From a virus (taxonomy: Duplodnaviria > Caudoviricetes), in IMG/VR virus record IMGVR_UViG_3300006105_000085, positions 1-28,919 of that record: DNA of 28,919 bases; one strand, written 5' to 3'. Below, in pieces: positions 9,374 to 16,930 of this stretch. How positions within the stretch are numbered: the stretch's first letter is position 1; each line of letters starts with the position of its first letter. The notes beneath the pieces were generated by a model. The model made no database searches. It saw only the letters and a list, made by a program, of their open reading frames with translations, and had not been told where the DNA came from. The position numbers and the translations under genes were made by a program.

Positions 9374-9526
9374 TCACCACCATGTGATTCTATCTATTAC
9401 CTGTTGCTTTTCGCTGTTTGATAGGCGTGTCCAAGCCGCAATTTCATCTCTTGTTCTCTTGCAACCTTTGCAAACGCTAGAGAAGTTGAGCTCGCATTTT
9501 CCCACGCAAGGACTTGCCACGTCCAT
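9374..9526 (-). CDS. DUF1289-family small Cys-rich (predicted Fe-S) protein
   Basis: SPCVGKC...VCKGCKRTRDEIAAW...EKQQV matches the SPCxxxC...CxGCxRTxxEIxxW signature; start at ATG 9526 preferred over GTG 9568. Confidence 0.8.
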   Translation of the reverse strand: MDVASPCVGKCELNFSSVCKGCKRTRDEIAAWTRLSNSEKQQVIDRITWW

Positions 9527-9571
9527 GCTAGGTTCCAATTGAGTAGATTGAGTGGAGGACATGCCCACGGA

Positions 9572-9898
9572 CTACTCCTTTCCATGTTCAATCCTGTGGC
9601 AATTAGCACACAGCAAAATACACTTATCCAGTTCCTGTTGTATACGTTTTTAACTATAGTGCATTAATGATCCGGGATCCGCTTTTTTACCCGCTGAATC
9701 TATATGATGAAAATCATAAATGCCCCGATGCTCAGAAACAATACCACAGTGTGCGCACTTACCCCCAAGATACTCAATTGCTTTAAGTTTGTTTTTAACT
9801 CTTCGCTCTTGAGTTTTCTTTTTGTCCTGCGCCGCCAATTTTTCTTTATTGACGGCGCGGTACTTACGCATGTACTCTTGTTTTTCCGGAGTTATCAT
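9572..9898 (-). pseudogene. HNH endonuclease interrupted by an in-frame TAA at 9650-9652
   Basis: N-part ...YLGGKCAHCG...YDFHHID...MHYS* continues in the same frame as KRIQQELDKCILLCANCHRIEHGKE*, completing the HNH/CxxC motif. Confidence 0.85.
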
Positions 9899-11772
9899 TA
9901 TATTTCGCAGTGGCCGGAACTACACGCAAGAGTTTGAGCACCTTCCACATTGTCTGTTTCTTCCTTAAAAATACTCCAGTCAAGTACAGGCATTTTAGCT
10001 TTAAGCTCTTCATACTCCTGTTCTGTACAGGTTGTATAAGGTGCTTGCTTATATGTACCATTATCCATTGGTAAAAAAGATACACCACTCATTTCATTAA
10101 AATGCTCCCAAACCCAAGCACCCACCGCAGGCCAATCATTTTCATTTACAGAAACTGTTACCGATGGTTTATGTTCACAAAAATGTCTTTGATATGTTAA
10201 CCACAACCCCAAATGATTAATTGAGCTTACTTCGTCTCTGGTGATTCCGTCTGGGGCTTTGATTGGGAAGCTAAACACAGTTGTCTGAGTTGGCTTGTAG
10301 ACACAGTCCTCCGCTGGAACTCCTTGACTAACCAAGAATTGGCTGAGAGGATCCTTTTTATCTCCGCGTACTCTGCGGATGTAGTATTTAGCGTGTCGTG
10401 GGTGGATTCCCGAAGCTGAGTCAACAAGCTGTGATACTGTGCCACTTGGTTTAACACATGTAATTGCAGCTGATTTAGGGATTCCAAGGATTGCAGCAAA
10501 CTGCTCATTTGCCTCTCTTGCTGCCAAGCGGAGCTCTGCGAGGAGTTCATTTAACTCTTCCCCTTCGGTGGTGAGCAAAGGGTTGTCGTAGATGCCTGTA
10601 AGGGAAACGCCAAGTAAGCGCTCCTCTTCAGTATTACGTTGCCACACTTTGCGCAGGTAGGGGAACTTTGTGAAGGTGGCTTGGATTGTACCAAGGATGG
10701 CGGCAAGCCGCACTTTTCGCAATAAGGTTTCTTTGTTGTCATCATGTCTCACTACACATTCAGATAAATTACAAAATTGGTATGGTCGCAGAATGATCTC
10801 TGAGCACGGATTACATCCGAACTCAAAACCACTATCTCTATTCCCGTATTTTTCAACAACCTTTTTAGCAGCCTCCCGATTAAATATGCCTCGTTCACCG
10901 GAATGGGAGTTGTAAAGTGACAACCACTCTTCCATGAATTTTCCGACAGTAGGTATTTCGTTATACACCGCACTATTGTTCGCAAGGGCACGATGCGGTG
11001 CTGTGTCCCACCAAGGTCCTGCTTTAGCATGGCGAATCCTTTCATCATCAAGATCAGACAACGAGATCATTGCAGAGCGACGTACGCCACCCACCACAAC
11101 CACCTCACCAATTTTACACATTAAGTCGTGGCACTCCAATGAATTTAAGCGACGGCCTTGTGCATGTTTAAAAGTATTAACAGTAAACTTAAATAAATCA
11201 ATCAGTGGTTCCGGCCCGGAAGCTCTTCCACCAAAAGTTTTGAGTCGTGCTCCGGCAGGTCTAACATTGCTGACGTCCCACTTTGGAATTTCTCCGGCCC
11301 AGAGGTGGGCAAGAAGTAAACGTAATGATTTTGCCCATCCTTCTTTGCTATCATGTACTGCAATGGTGTGGTCTGACTCAAATAGTTTTTCTGGCACCTC
11401 GGGCAATTGTGTAATGTATTTGGACTCGACTGAAAATCCAACTCCAGTTCCGCAGAGCAAAATAAACATAGCTTCGTCGAAGCTCTTGGGGTCATCCACT
11501 GGGAGATAGCTGCAGTTATAGACGCAAGTATTGTCACGATCGGCACTCTTTCCTGCAGTCATCATGGCTCGCATGGACGGCATAAGTTCTAGGTTATAAA
11601 TAGCACTACGTAATTCGGTTTTTAATTCTGTGTCTTCGCTAATCGCTGGTGTGCGACTAAAAATATAATTTACATAGCGGTCTACTGTTTCACCCCATGT
11701 TTCTCTACGGGCTTTTTCGTCTACGAAACGGGCATAGCGGCTGGCGGCAATGTATTCTTGATACTGATCCAT
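9898..11772 (-). CDS. nrdJ: Class II (adenosylcobalamin-dependent) ribonucleotide reductase, monomeric RTPR-like
   Basis: VYNCSY, GGVRRSAMISLSD, GCNPCSEI (radical Cys), CNLSE, TCVKPSGTVSQL, C-terminal CxxxxC redox pair; no beta-subunit gene nearby. Confidence 0.93.
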   Translation of the reverse strand: MDQYQEYIAASRYARFVDEKARRETWGETVDRYVNYIFSRTPAISEDTELKTELRSAIYNLELMPSMRAMMTAGKSADRDNTCVYNCSYLPVDDPKSFDEAMFILLCGTGVGFSVESKYITQLPEVPEKLFESDHTIAVHDSKEGWAKSLRLLLAHLWAGEIPKWDVSNVRPAGARLKTFGGRASGPEPLIDLFKFTVNTFKHAQGRRLNSLECHDLMCKIGEVVVVGGVRRSAMISLSDLDDERIRHAKAGPWWDTAPHRALANNSAVYNEIPTVGKFMEEWLSLYNSHSGERGIFNREAAKKVVEKYGNRDSGFEFGCNPCSEIILRPYQFCNLSECVVRHDDNKETLLRKVRLAAILGTIQATFTKFPYLRKVWQRNTEEERLLGVSLTGIYDNPLLTTEGEELNELLAELRLAAREANEQFAAILGIPKSAAITCVKPSGTVSQLVDSASGIHPRHAKYYIRRVRGDKKDPLSQFLVSQGVPAEDCVYKPTQTTVFSFPIKAPDGITRDEVSSINHLGLWLTYQRHFCEHKPSVTVSVNENDWPAVGAWVWEHFNEMSGVSFLPMDNGTYKQAPYTTCTEQEYEELKAKMPVLDWSIFKEETDNVEGAQTLACSSGHCEI

Positions 11773-11807
11773 TTATTTTCTCTATTGTTGTATGGTTGGT
11801 AAAGGGC

Positions 11808-11843
11808 AAAAAAGGGAGGCCGCAGTTTCTACGGACACTCCCT
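11808..11843 (-). terminator. Rho-independent terminator (possible attenuator) between ssb and nrdJ
   Basis: - strand AGGGAG-TGT-CCGTAG AAA CTGCGG-C-CTCCCT followed by a T run. Confidence 0.7.
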
Positions 11844-11861
11844 GCACTACGATAATGTGGG

Positions 11862-11928
11862 TGGGAAAGACAGTTTTTTTAGTCGTTCGTCTTCGAGTAC
11901 TTGAGCTGAATAGTGTCAGCCTTTCCCA
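11862..11928 (-). ncRNA. Candidate structured RNA element upstream of nrdJ
   Basis: 10-bp closing stem TGGGAAAGGC/GTCTTTCCCA enclosing hairpins GCTGA-CACTAT-TCAGC (partly overlapping the closing stem) and TCG-AAGA-CGA. Confidence 0.4.
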
Positions 11929-11935
11929 TAACTAC

Positions 11936-12454
11936 TTAGATTGCAAAATCTGCTGCAGCGGAAGTTGCTCCGCCTAACTTCTCTCCGTCCTCTAATTTTT
12001 GGACGTTATTCAAACCGCATGCAATACCTTTAGAACCAGCTGCATTGTATGGGTAGAATGTAATTGATGCACGGCCATAGCAACCGCTGTAGAACTCATT
12101 CATATCCATAATAGGATTGAGGTCTTGGTCTACAACACCAGGCTTTTGAGCTGAGTTTGCGTTAATAAAATAGCAACCTGCGTATGCTGGATCATCACGC
12201 TCTTCATCACCATCACGTAAACCACCTTTTAAACCTTTTGGAACAGAACCACCAAAGAAGCTGGCTGCAGCTGTCTTGGTATCTTCAAAAGCTTTTTGCA
12301 ACTTAGCAATAGTTTCTTTATCAGATTTAGGAATAATAAGAGAGATAGAATACTTTGGTTCGCCACCATTCATACCAGCTTTTGGTGAAAAAACGTTGGC
12401 ATAAGAAAAACGAACTTTGCCTGTTACTACTTTTACTTTGGTGCTTTGTACCAT
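11936..12454 (-). CDS. Single-stranded DNA-binding protein, DUF2815 family (T7 gp2.5-like fold)
   Basis: VRFSYANVF, PKYSISLIIPK, LRDGD, FYSGCYGRASI, GIACGLNNVQKLEDGEKLGG, C-terminal ADF. Confidence 0.9.
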   Translation of the reverse strand: MVQSTKVKVVTGKVRFSYANVFSPKAGMNGGEPKYSISLIIPKSDKETIAKLQKAFEDTKTAAASFFGGSVPKGLKGGLRDGDEERDDPAYAGCYFINANSAQKPGVVDQDLNPIMDMNEFYSGCYGRASITFYPYNAAGSKGIACGLNNVQKLEDGEKLGGATSAAADFAI

Positions 12455-12520
12455 GATTTGTTACCTTTTTTACGTTAGAACTGGTCTTCAATCGGGGCCA
12501 GTTCGTCTACCCGTACTGCA

Positions 12521-12529
12521 AGTATAACA
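12521..12529 (-). promoter_or_regulatory. Putative host sigma-70 extended -10 promoter for ssb
   Basis: - strand TGTTATACT (TGn-TATACT) about 65 nt upstream of ssb, followed by a leader hairpin GAACTGG..CCAGTTC. Confidence 0.5.
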
Positions 12530-12534
12530 TAACT

Positions 12535-12789
12535 TTATGCGTCGTACAGAATGCCATGTGTTTCTAAGGCTTGACGCATCGCCAGTGCTTTTACAAAATC
12601 GCTTAAATACTCTCGTTTATGCAAAATTTCTGGCTCTATTGCAACTGCTTCAATAATTTCATTGATAGCTTCTCGTAATTGTACCACAGCTTCGTGGTTA
12701 TTACCGGGCAATCCATCAAAGTCTTTAATGTATTTCTCAATCATTATATCAGGAATTTCAATTTCAGTTCCTAGACAAACTATTTGCAT
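12535..12789 (-). CDS. Hypothetical protein (84 aa)
   Basis: C-terminal part of track ORF 12535..13023; start MQIVCLG has an AGAAAGG RBS, and the longer extension overlaps two other genes. Confidence 0.7.
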   Translation of the reverse strand: MQIVCLGTEIEIPDIMIEKYIKDFDGLPGNNHEAVVQLREAINEIIEAVAIEPEILHKREYLSDFVKALAMRQALETHGILYDA

Positions 12790-12800
12790 GGGTACCTTTC

Positions 12801-12950
12801 TTATAATTGTAATGTTACCATGACTAAACCTACATTCCCTAGAGCGTACCCTAAGAATGAGATTCCCATGCCTACTTGGCCTTTCATAAAAAATTGTATT
12901 GCAACAATCGTATAAACGACACCAATAAATCCAATTAACCAAGAGTTCAT
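12801..12950 (-). CDS. Small two-TM membrane protein (49 aa; not in ORF track)
   Basis: MNSWLIGFIGVVYTIVAIQFFMKGQVGMGISFLGYALGNVGLVMVTLQL; ATGA overlap with upstream gene. Confidence 0.75.
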   Translation of the reverse strand: MNSWLIGFIGVVYTIVAIQFFMKGQVGMGISFLGYALGNVGLVMVTLQL

Positions 12951-14101
12951 TTAAAGTCATCCTCAGCGGTTTCTTTAACACGAACCAATTTTGGTTGTCC
13001 TTCTGGACGTAATACCAAATCACCTAACCAAGCGGTTACTTGTCCTTTTGGCCCTAGCTTTTCTAATGCTGCAATAGATTTAAGTTTGGGTTGTTCCCAA
13101 ATAACTTGGGCGTCCATACCTTTTTCTACAAGCACAGTAGCGGCTAAAGCATGGTCGCTAATTTTGCGATGTGTTACTGTGGTTGTTAGTTTAAATCCAG
13201 GTGGCACTGTGTTACATGTAACGGCTTTATCTAAAGCGTACTCTTCAATATCGTTTACCCAAGATTTTAAGTTTTGGGCTTTGATAAGGACTTCGGCAAC
13301 TTCTTCTTCGTTGAGGAGGGGCGCGGCTTTGAACTCGAGACGGGCGAGTTCTGTGTTGAAATCGCTGCGCGCTCTGCACGTCGCTTTAGCACGGCAGAAT
13401 TGGCACCATTCGCCTGGGAGGAATTCGCCTGAGCCGCTCCACGCTTTCTTGGCTTTTGGCTTGACGAAGTAATTGGCCCAGTCGACAAGTTTACTGATGC
13501 TGGTACCATCGGTACTGATACTGTCAAGTCGGGGCTGGTGGATCGTGTAACTGACTTCTTTGATCTCTGGCCATTCTTCTTTGAACTTGGCGTAGGCTCC
13601 GAGGGCATAGAGTCTAAGTTGCGGGTTATCTTGCGCATAGACCGGAACGCCTCTTCCGAACTTGAGGTCGATGACACGAATGGAGTGCTGAGAAAGTATA
13701 ACCACATCGGCTGTACCAAAGCCGTCAGGAACCCATTCAGAAAAGTCGACACGCTGTTCGAACAATGGCGTGTCAGCCTCACCAATTTGAGAACGAACGT
13801 ATAGTACATAATTATCAACGTTAGCTTCAAAATCTTCACGTTCGTCAAAAGTGTAGTCTTTGTAGATTGGGTGGGTCTTGATAATTTCGTATTCACGTTC
13901 ATATTCTTCGTGTCCAATTTGGTTAAAATGAAGGCGCAGGCGAATTTCACCCAAAGAATGGGCAAGTGTTCCCTCGGCAGAAAAATCAATGCCATTGGAA
14001 GAGCGCTTTTGTTCGGGAAGTGTTGCTTCTAAACGAGCTGAAGGGGTGCAAGAAAGCCACCGTTTAGAGCCAGAAGCAGATAAGAGGGCATGTGCAGTCA
14101 A
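12947..14101 (-). CDS. DUF2800-family Cas4-like PD-(D/E)XK exonuclease
   Basis: HALLSASGSKRWLSC, EGTLAH, EQRVDFS, GFGTADVV, IDLKFG, NPQLRLYALGA, WCQFCRAKATC (Fe-S Cys); canonical neighbour of DUF2815 and polA. Confidence 0.9.
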   Translation of the reverse strand: MTAHALLSASGSKRWLSCTPSARLEATLPEQKRSSNGIDFSAEGTLAHSLGEIRLRLHFNQIGHEEYEREYEIIKTHPIYKDYTFDEREDFEANVDNYVLYVRSQIGEADTPLFEQRVDFSEWVPDGFGTADVVILSQHSIRVIDLKFGRGVPVYAQDNPQLRLYALGAYAKFKEEWPEIKEVSYTIHQPRLDSISTDGTSISKLVDWANYFVKPKAKKAWSGSGEFLPGEWCQFCRAKATCRARSDFNTELARLEFKAAPLLNEEEVAEVLIKAQNLKSWVNDIEEYALDKAVTCNTVPPGFKLTTTVTHRKISDHALAATVLVEKGMDAQVIWEQPKLKSIAALEKLGPKGQVTAWLGDLVLRPEGQPKLVRVKETAEDDFK

Positions 14102-14142
14102 GTTATTCTTTCAATTCAAGTTATTGAGGTTTCCATTATACT

Positions 14143-14153
14143 TACTAATACGC
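14143..14153 (-). promoter_or_regulatory. Phage promoter-like motif GCGTATTAGTA (copy 1, upstream of DUF2800 nuclease)
   Basis: Exact 11-mer found four times on the - strand; this copy lies right after a terminator. Confidence 0.7.
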
Positions 14154-14181
14154 AAAAAAGCCACCTCTTGGGTGGCTTTTT
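14154..14181. terminator. Bidirectional rho-independent terminator
   Basis: AAAAAA-GCCACC-TCTTG-GGTGGC-TTTTT after the TerS-like gene. Confidence 0.85.
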
Positions 14182-14205
14182 AGTAAAAATTAAAAAAATA
14201 TATTT

Positions 14206-14598
14206 TTAGGCTTTTAGGGCGGCAATCAATTCTGCAATTTCTTTATTGAAATCCACCTTGGTTTCCACTTTAGCATCTAATTTCACATCGCGGGATTCTT
14301 TGTAGGTGTCTTGAAATTGACCACGAACTGCTACTTCTACCATACGGGTATTGAAGTTTTTATTTTCAGCATTAGCAAGCATTAGACGCTCCCAATGAGC
14401 TTGACTATGTACCAAAGCCATATCAAGAGCTTCAGCAAACTCTGGATGGTTCTTTTTCATTGTTTCGGCAGCTGCTTTGGTGATACCTAAATCAGACCAT
14501 ATCATCTTTTGAGATGCACCTTGCTTACCTAGCTCGATCATACGATCGCACATTTGGGGTTCAAATTTGTATTTTGTTTGGGGTTTTTTAGCTGCCAC
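14206..14598 (-). CDS. Terminase small subunit-like HTH protein
   Basis: KYK..MCDRMIELGKQGAS...LGI...HPEFAEAL is the N-terminal HTH pattern typical of TerS; helical C-terminus. Confidence 0.6.
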   Translation of the reverse strand: MAAKKPQTKYKFEPQMCDRMIELGKQGASQKMIWSDLGITKAAAETMKKNHPEFAEALDMALVHSQAHWERLMLANAENKNFNTRMVEVAVRGQFQDTYKESRDVKLDAKVETKVDFNKEIAELIAALKA

Positions 14599-14851
14599 AC
14601 TTCCACCTTTTTAGTGATGCTGCCTTGCGTGTTGGTTTGCCGTTCTCGTCCTTCATCGGGCCTTTTACGCCAGACATACGAGCACAAAATGAATCTTTAC
14701 GTGCACCGCCTTCAGGCTGTGGTGCTTTTAAATTGCTGCCAGTAGCTTTGTTATAAACAGCACGACCTTTGGCGGTAAGCCCAGCGCCCTTAGACGCAGG
14801 CAGCTTTTCACCGCGGCCAATTGCAAGCGATACATTTTTCTTAGTTGCCAT
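14588..14851 (-). CDS. Small basic phage protein, DUF6321-like
   Basis: GLTAKGRA..NLKAP..RKDSFCARM..SLKRWKC pattern. Confidence 0.7.
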   Translation of the reverse strand: MATKKNVSLAIGRGEKLPASKGAGLTAKGRAVYNKATGSNLKAPQPEGGARKDSFCARMSGVKGPMKDENGKPTRKAASLKRWKCGS

Positions 14852-15000
14852 TATTTTTTAGCGGTCTTTGCAGACTCTTTAAATTGTTTTGCTGTTGGAG
14901 CGCCTTTGGCGCCCGGTCTGCGCATTTTCTCGTTGGAGCCAGCTTTGATGCGCTCTTGTTTAGCGTGGATGTTTGCGTACAAACCGGGTTTAGTTGCCAT
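14851..15000 (-). CDS. Small basic protein (49 aa; not in ORF track)
   Basis: MATKPGLYANIHAKQERIKAGSNEKMRRPGAKGAPTAKQFKESAKTAKK; AAGGA RBS; TAATG overlap with next gene. Confidence 0.8.
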   Translation of the reverse strand: MATKPGLYANIHAKQERIKAGSNEKMRRPGAKGAPTAKQFKESAKTAKK

Positions 15001-15022
15001 ATATTCCTTAAAACAGTTTAGG

Positions 15023-15093
15023 GGTGACCAATGGGATTTGAACCCATTCTAAGACAGTCACAATGTCTGGTGCTACCATTACACTATGGCCAC
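15023..15093 (-). tRNA. tRNA-His(GUG), atypical (no encoded G-1, no encoded CCA)
   Basis: Acceptor GTGGCCA/TGGTCAC, D arm GTGT-AATGGTA-GCAC, anticodon arm AGACA-TTGTGAC-TGTCT, T arm ATGGG-TTCAAAT-CCCAT, discriminator C73. Confidence 0.9.
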
Positions 15094-15157
15094 GCCTAAG
15101 CTGTCTTGCTTAGCGTAGTTACGATGTCGAAAGGTAGTTTTTTGGTTCATTGTGAAG

Positions 15158-15418
15158 TTAAAATATTACTGAAACGCCAGCTAATTTCTTAGCCACGTTA
15201 GCCAGTTCTTTTGTTGTCTGACCGCTGATAAAGGTATTGATTTCAATAGCCTTATCAATGATCTCTTCAGTTGTTGGGAACTGAGGAGCCAATTCTGCAG
15301 CCTCTTTAGTTGTTTTGTTTAACACTTCCCACGCCGCCATGTTGGCTTCGTGCTGCTTGATCATCAAGTCTTTAGCTGTGTTAAAAATAGAAAAGCGTAA
15401 TTCAAATGGTGAAACCAT
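15158..15418 (-). CDS. Conserved phage hypothetical protein (86 aa)
   Basis: MVSPFELRFSIFNTAKDL...FPTTEEIIDKA..INTFIS; AGGAG RBS preceded by a CA-rich tract supports start at 15418. Confidence 0.8.
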   Translation of the reverse strand: MVSPFELRFSIFNTAKDLMIKQHEANMAAWEVLNKTTKEAAELAPQFPTTEEIIDKAIEINTFISGQTTKELANVAKKLAGVSVIF

Positions 15419-15442
15419 GGTAAATCTCCTGTGTGTTGTGGT

Positions 15443-15585
15443 GTGTGTAAATGCCCGCATTTTGGTACAAAATCCTCACTGTCTTGGGTGTTGTGAGAAT
15501 GCCAGTGTTCTATGAAGGCGCGCTGGCAGCCTTTGGCCTTCTTTACGGCCAGAGTGGGGTTAAGGAGCGTCTCACGACGTGTCCT
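15443..15585 (-). ncRNA. Candidate multi-hairpin RNA / structured 5' leader
   Basis: Consecutive hairpins AGGA..CGTC-GTGA-GACG..TCCT, TGGCC/GGCCA, TGCCAG/CTGGCA, TTCTCAC/GTGAGGA, TTTTG/CAAAA, starting 6 nt after promoter motif copy 2. Confidence 0.5.
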
Positions 15586-15590
15586 ATATT

Positions 15591-15601
15591 TACTAATACG
15601 C
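15591..15601 (-). promoter_or_regulatory. Phage promoter-like motif GCGTATTAGTA (copy 2)
   Basis: Exact 11-mer, intergenic, heading the leader-tRNA-TerS unit. Confidence 0.7.
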
Positions 15602-15620
15602 TTTTTTGAAGCCTTCCGCC

Positions 15621-15863
15621 CTAGTCCGGAATAATGATCTTGCGGACCGGCTTTTCCTTTTTCTTTTGCTCTTCTTCCATCATCTTTCTGAAGGTTGGCA
15701 TCATCTCATTGACAATCAGCTTGGTCATTGCCTCTGCCTTGAGCCGGTCTTCCATCTCTTTTTCTTCGCTGTTTCGCTTAGTTCTCTCATCCACCGCGTT
15801 TGCAATGTTGTTGCCAAACTTGCGGTGCTTTAAGAACTGGCGGATGAAATTTTCATCACTCAT
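15621..15863 (-). CDS. Hypothetical charged protein (80 aa)
   Basis: Track ORF trimmed to the MSDENF start, overlapping the upstream stop. Confidence 0.7.
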   Translation of the reverse strand: MSDENFIRQFLKHRKFGNNIANAVDERTKRNSEEKEMEDRLKAEAMTKLIVNEMMPTFRKMMEEEQKKKEKPVRKIIIPD

Positions 15864-16050
15864 CTTTTGTTTCCAGTAATGCCTTGAACTGGGGCTCACC
15901 TTGCTGCTGGATTAGCGCAATCAATCCGGCTGATGCAACGTATGGTGCCTGCCCAAGGATGTGCAGGATTGCATTGGTTTGTTTTACTGTGAATTTAAAT
16001 TCAAGGATCTCGTTTTCCAACGGGTCTGATTGTTGTACTTGTTCTGTCAT
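15856..16050 (-). CDS. Hypothetical protein
   Basis: 64-aa ORF, ATGA-coupled, AAAGG RBS. Confidence 0.7.
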   Translation of the reverse strand: MTEQVQQSDPLENEILEFKFTVKQTNAILHILGQAPYVASAGLIALIQQQGEPQFKALLETKDE

Positions 16051-16328
16051 TTTTTACCTTTCTTTTTAATTGGGAACATTGCCTCTCTTGCTGCTAACTT
16101 AACTGGGTCTGTGCAATATTGATCTAATTCCATTTTGCGGTAGTACGTATCCATTAGCTTTTCCATTCGCATGTCGTGAAGTGCCTTGATACCAAGTAGT
16201 GCTGTGGCCACTTCATCTTCTGTCATTGGTCTGGGCGCGTCACCATGGTGCTTGTACAGCAGATCAATGTCTTCGCTGGTTTGCCACGCCACCATGATGG
16301 CTGATTCTAAGTCTATTTGGTTATTCAT
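16047..16328 (-). CDS. Hypothetical protein
   Basis: 93-aa ORF, ATGA-coupled, GAGG RBS. Confidence 0.75.
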   Translation of the reverse strand: MNNQIDLESAIMVAWQTSEDIDLLYKHHGDAPRPMTEDEVATALLGIKALHDMRMEKLMDTYYRKMELDQYCTDPVKLAAREAMFPIKKKGKK

Positions 16329-16555
16329 TTCATCCTCTTCTTAGCTTTTTTAAGTTCTGTTGCAAAGTCTGCGCTAAACCATTTACCTACGATTTCAAGG
16401 GCCGGCATCATTTCTTGATACGCCGCCACATCATCTTCGTGATTGACGGCACCACTTTTTAGCATTTGCTTCATGCTAACATAAGAATCTGCCAGCACAT
16501 TTACCACAATCTGGTCCGCAAAATCATCATCAATTTCTACAATCATTTTCCACAC
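16325..16555 (-). CDS. Hypothetical protein
   Basis: 76-aa ORF in a tightly packed operon; true start may be ATG 16546. Confidence 0.7.
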   Translation of the reverse strand: MWKMIVEIDDDFADQIVVNVLADSYVSMKQMLKSGAVNHEDDVAAYQEMMPALEIVGKWFSADFATELKKAKKRMK

Positions 16556-16764
16556 TCCTCTATTTTTGTTCGTTTTGTAATTTCGCGGTCAATATACCAA
16601 CGCGCCTTGCGTAGGTCTTCAACTGCGTCTCGTTTTAAATCACAGCGCCAAATATATTTAAGCGCATTGCCAAGGTTAAATCCCATGTGCTCAGTGATTT
16701 GAATACATTCTATTCCGCTTGGATGCTCGGTGTAATGTTTAGGCTGGTTGACTGGATCGTGCAT
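16543..16764 (-). CDS. DUF3310-family protein (T7 gp1.7 nucleotide kinase/SaV-like)
   Basis: DPVNQPKHY..IECI..GFNLGNALKYIWR..EDLRKARWY signature. Confidence 0.88.
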   Translation of the reverse strand: MHDPVNQPKHYTEHPSGIECIQITEHMGFNLGNALKYIWRCDLKRDAVEDLRKARWYIDREITKRTKIEECGK

Positions 16765-16930
16765 GCTTTTTCCTTAATTCATTTTCAACAGCGGCAATCT
16801 CTTCAGGGCTGTCGCAAACCCACATAGTCAATATCTTATCAAACAAAGAGGTATCAATGTCTTCTACACCAGAGATGGTTTCAAATATCGGATAGCCTTT
16901 GTACTCATGCTCAACAATAAATGTGCTCAT
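16739..16930 (-). CDS. Hypothetical protein
   Basis: 63-aa ORF, ATGA-coupled. Confidence 0.65.
   Translation of the reverse strand: MSTFIVEHEYKGYPIFETISGVEDIDTSLFDKILTMWVCDSPEEIAAVENELRKKHARSSQPA

Noticed and set aside
9650-9652. Genome-wide stop-codon reassignment
   Set aside because: TAA, TAG and TGA all end well-defined genes; only this gene has an internal stop
7233-11772. Introns or inteins in polA or nrdJ
   Set aside because: Both ORFs are continuous and of normal length with no intein splice motifs; the HNH is freestanding
11870-11900. preQ1-I riboswitch or hammerhead ribozyme
   Set aside because: The AAAAAAACTG tail is suggestive, but the preQ1 stem-loop consensus is missing; no CUGAnGA core
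12790-13023. N-terminal extension of track ORF 12535..13023
   Set aside because: It overlaps the DUF2800 gene and a better 49-aa membrane ORF; the RBS supports a start at 12789
13267-13995. 242-aa alternative-frame ORF, and other long shadow ORFs (4205..4795, 10934..11509, 17336..17818, 24700..25122)
   Set aside because: They are nested in or antisense to well-supported genes, with no motifs or RBS; expected from codon bias
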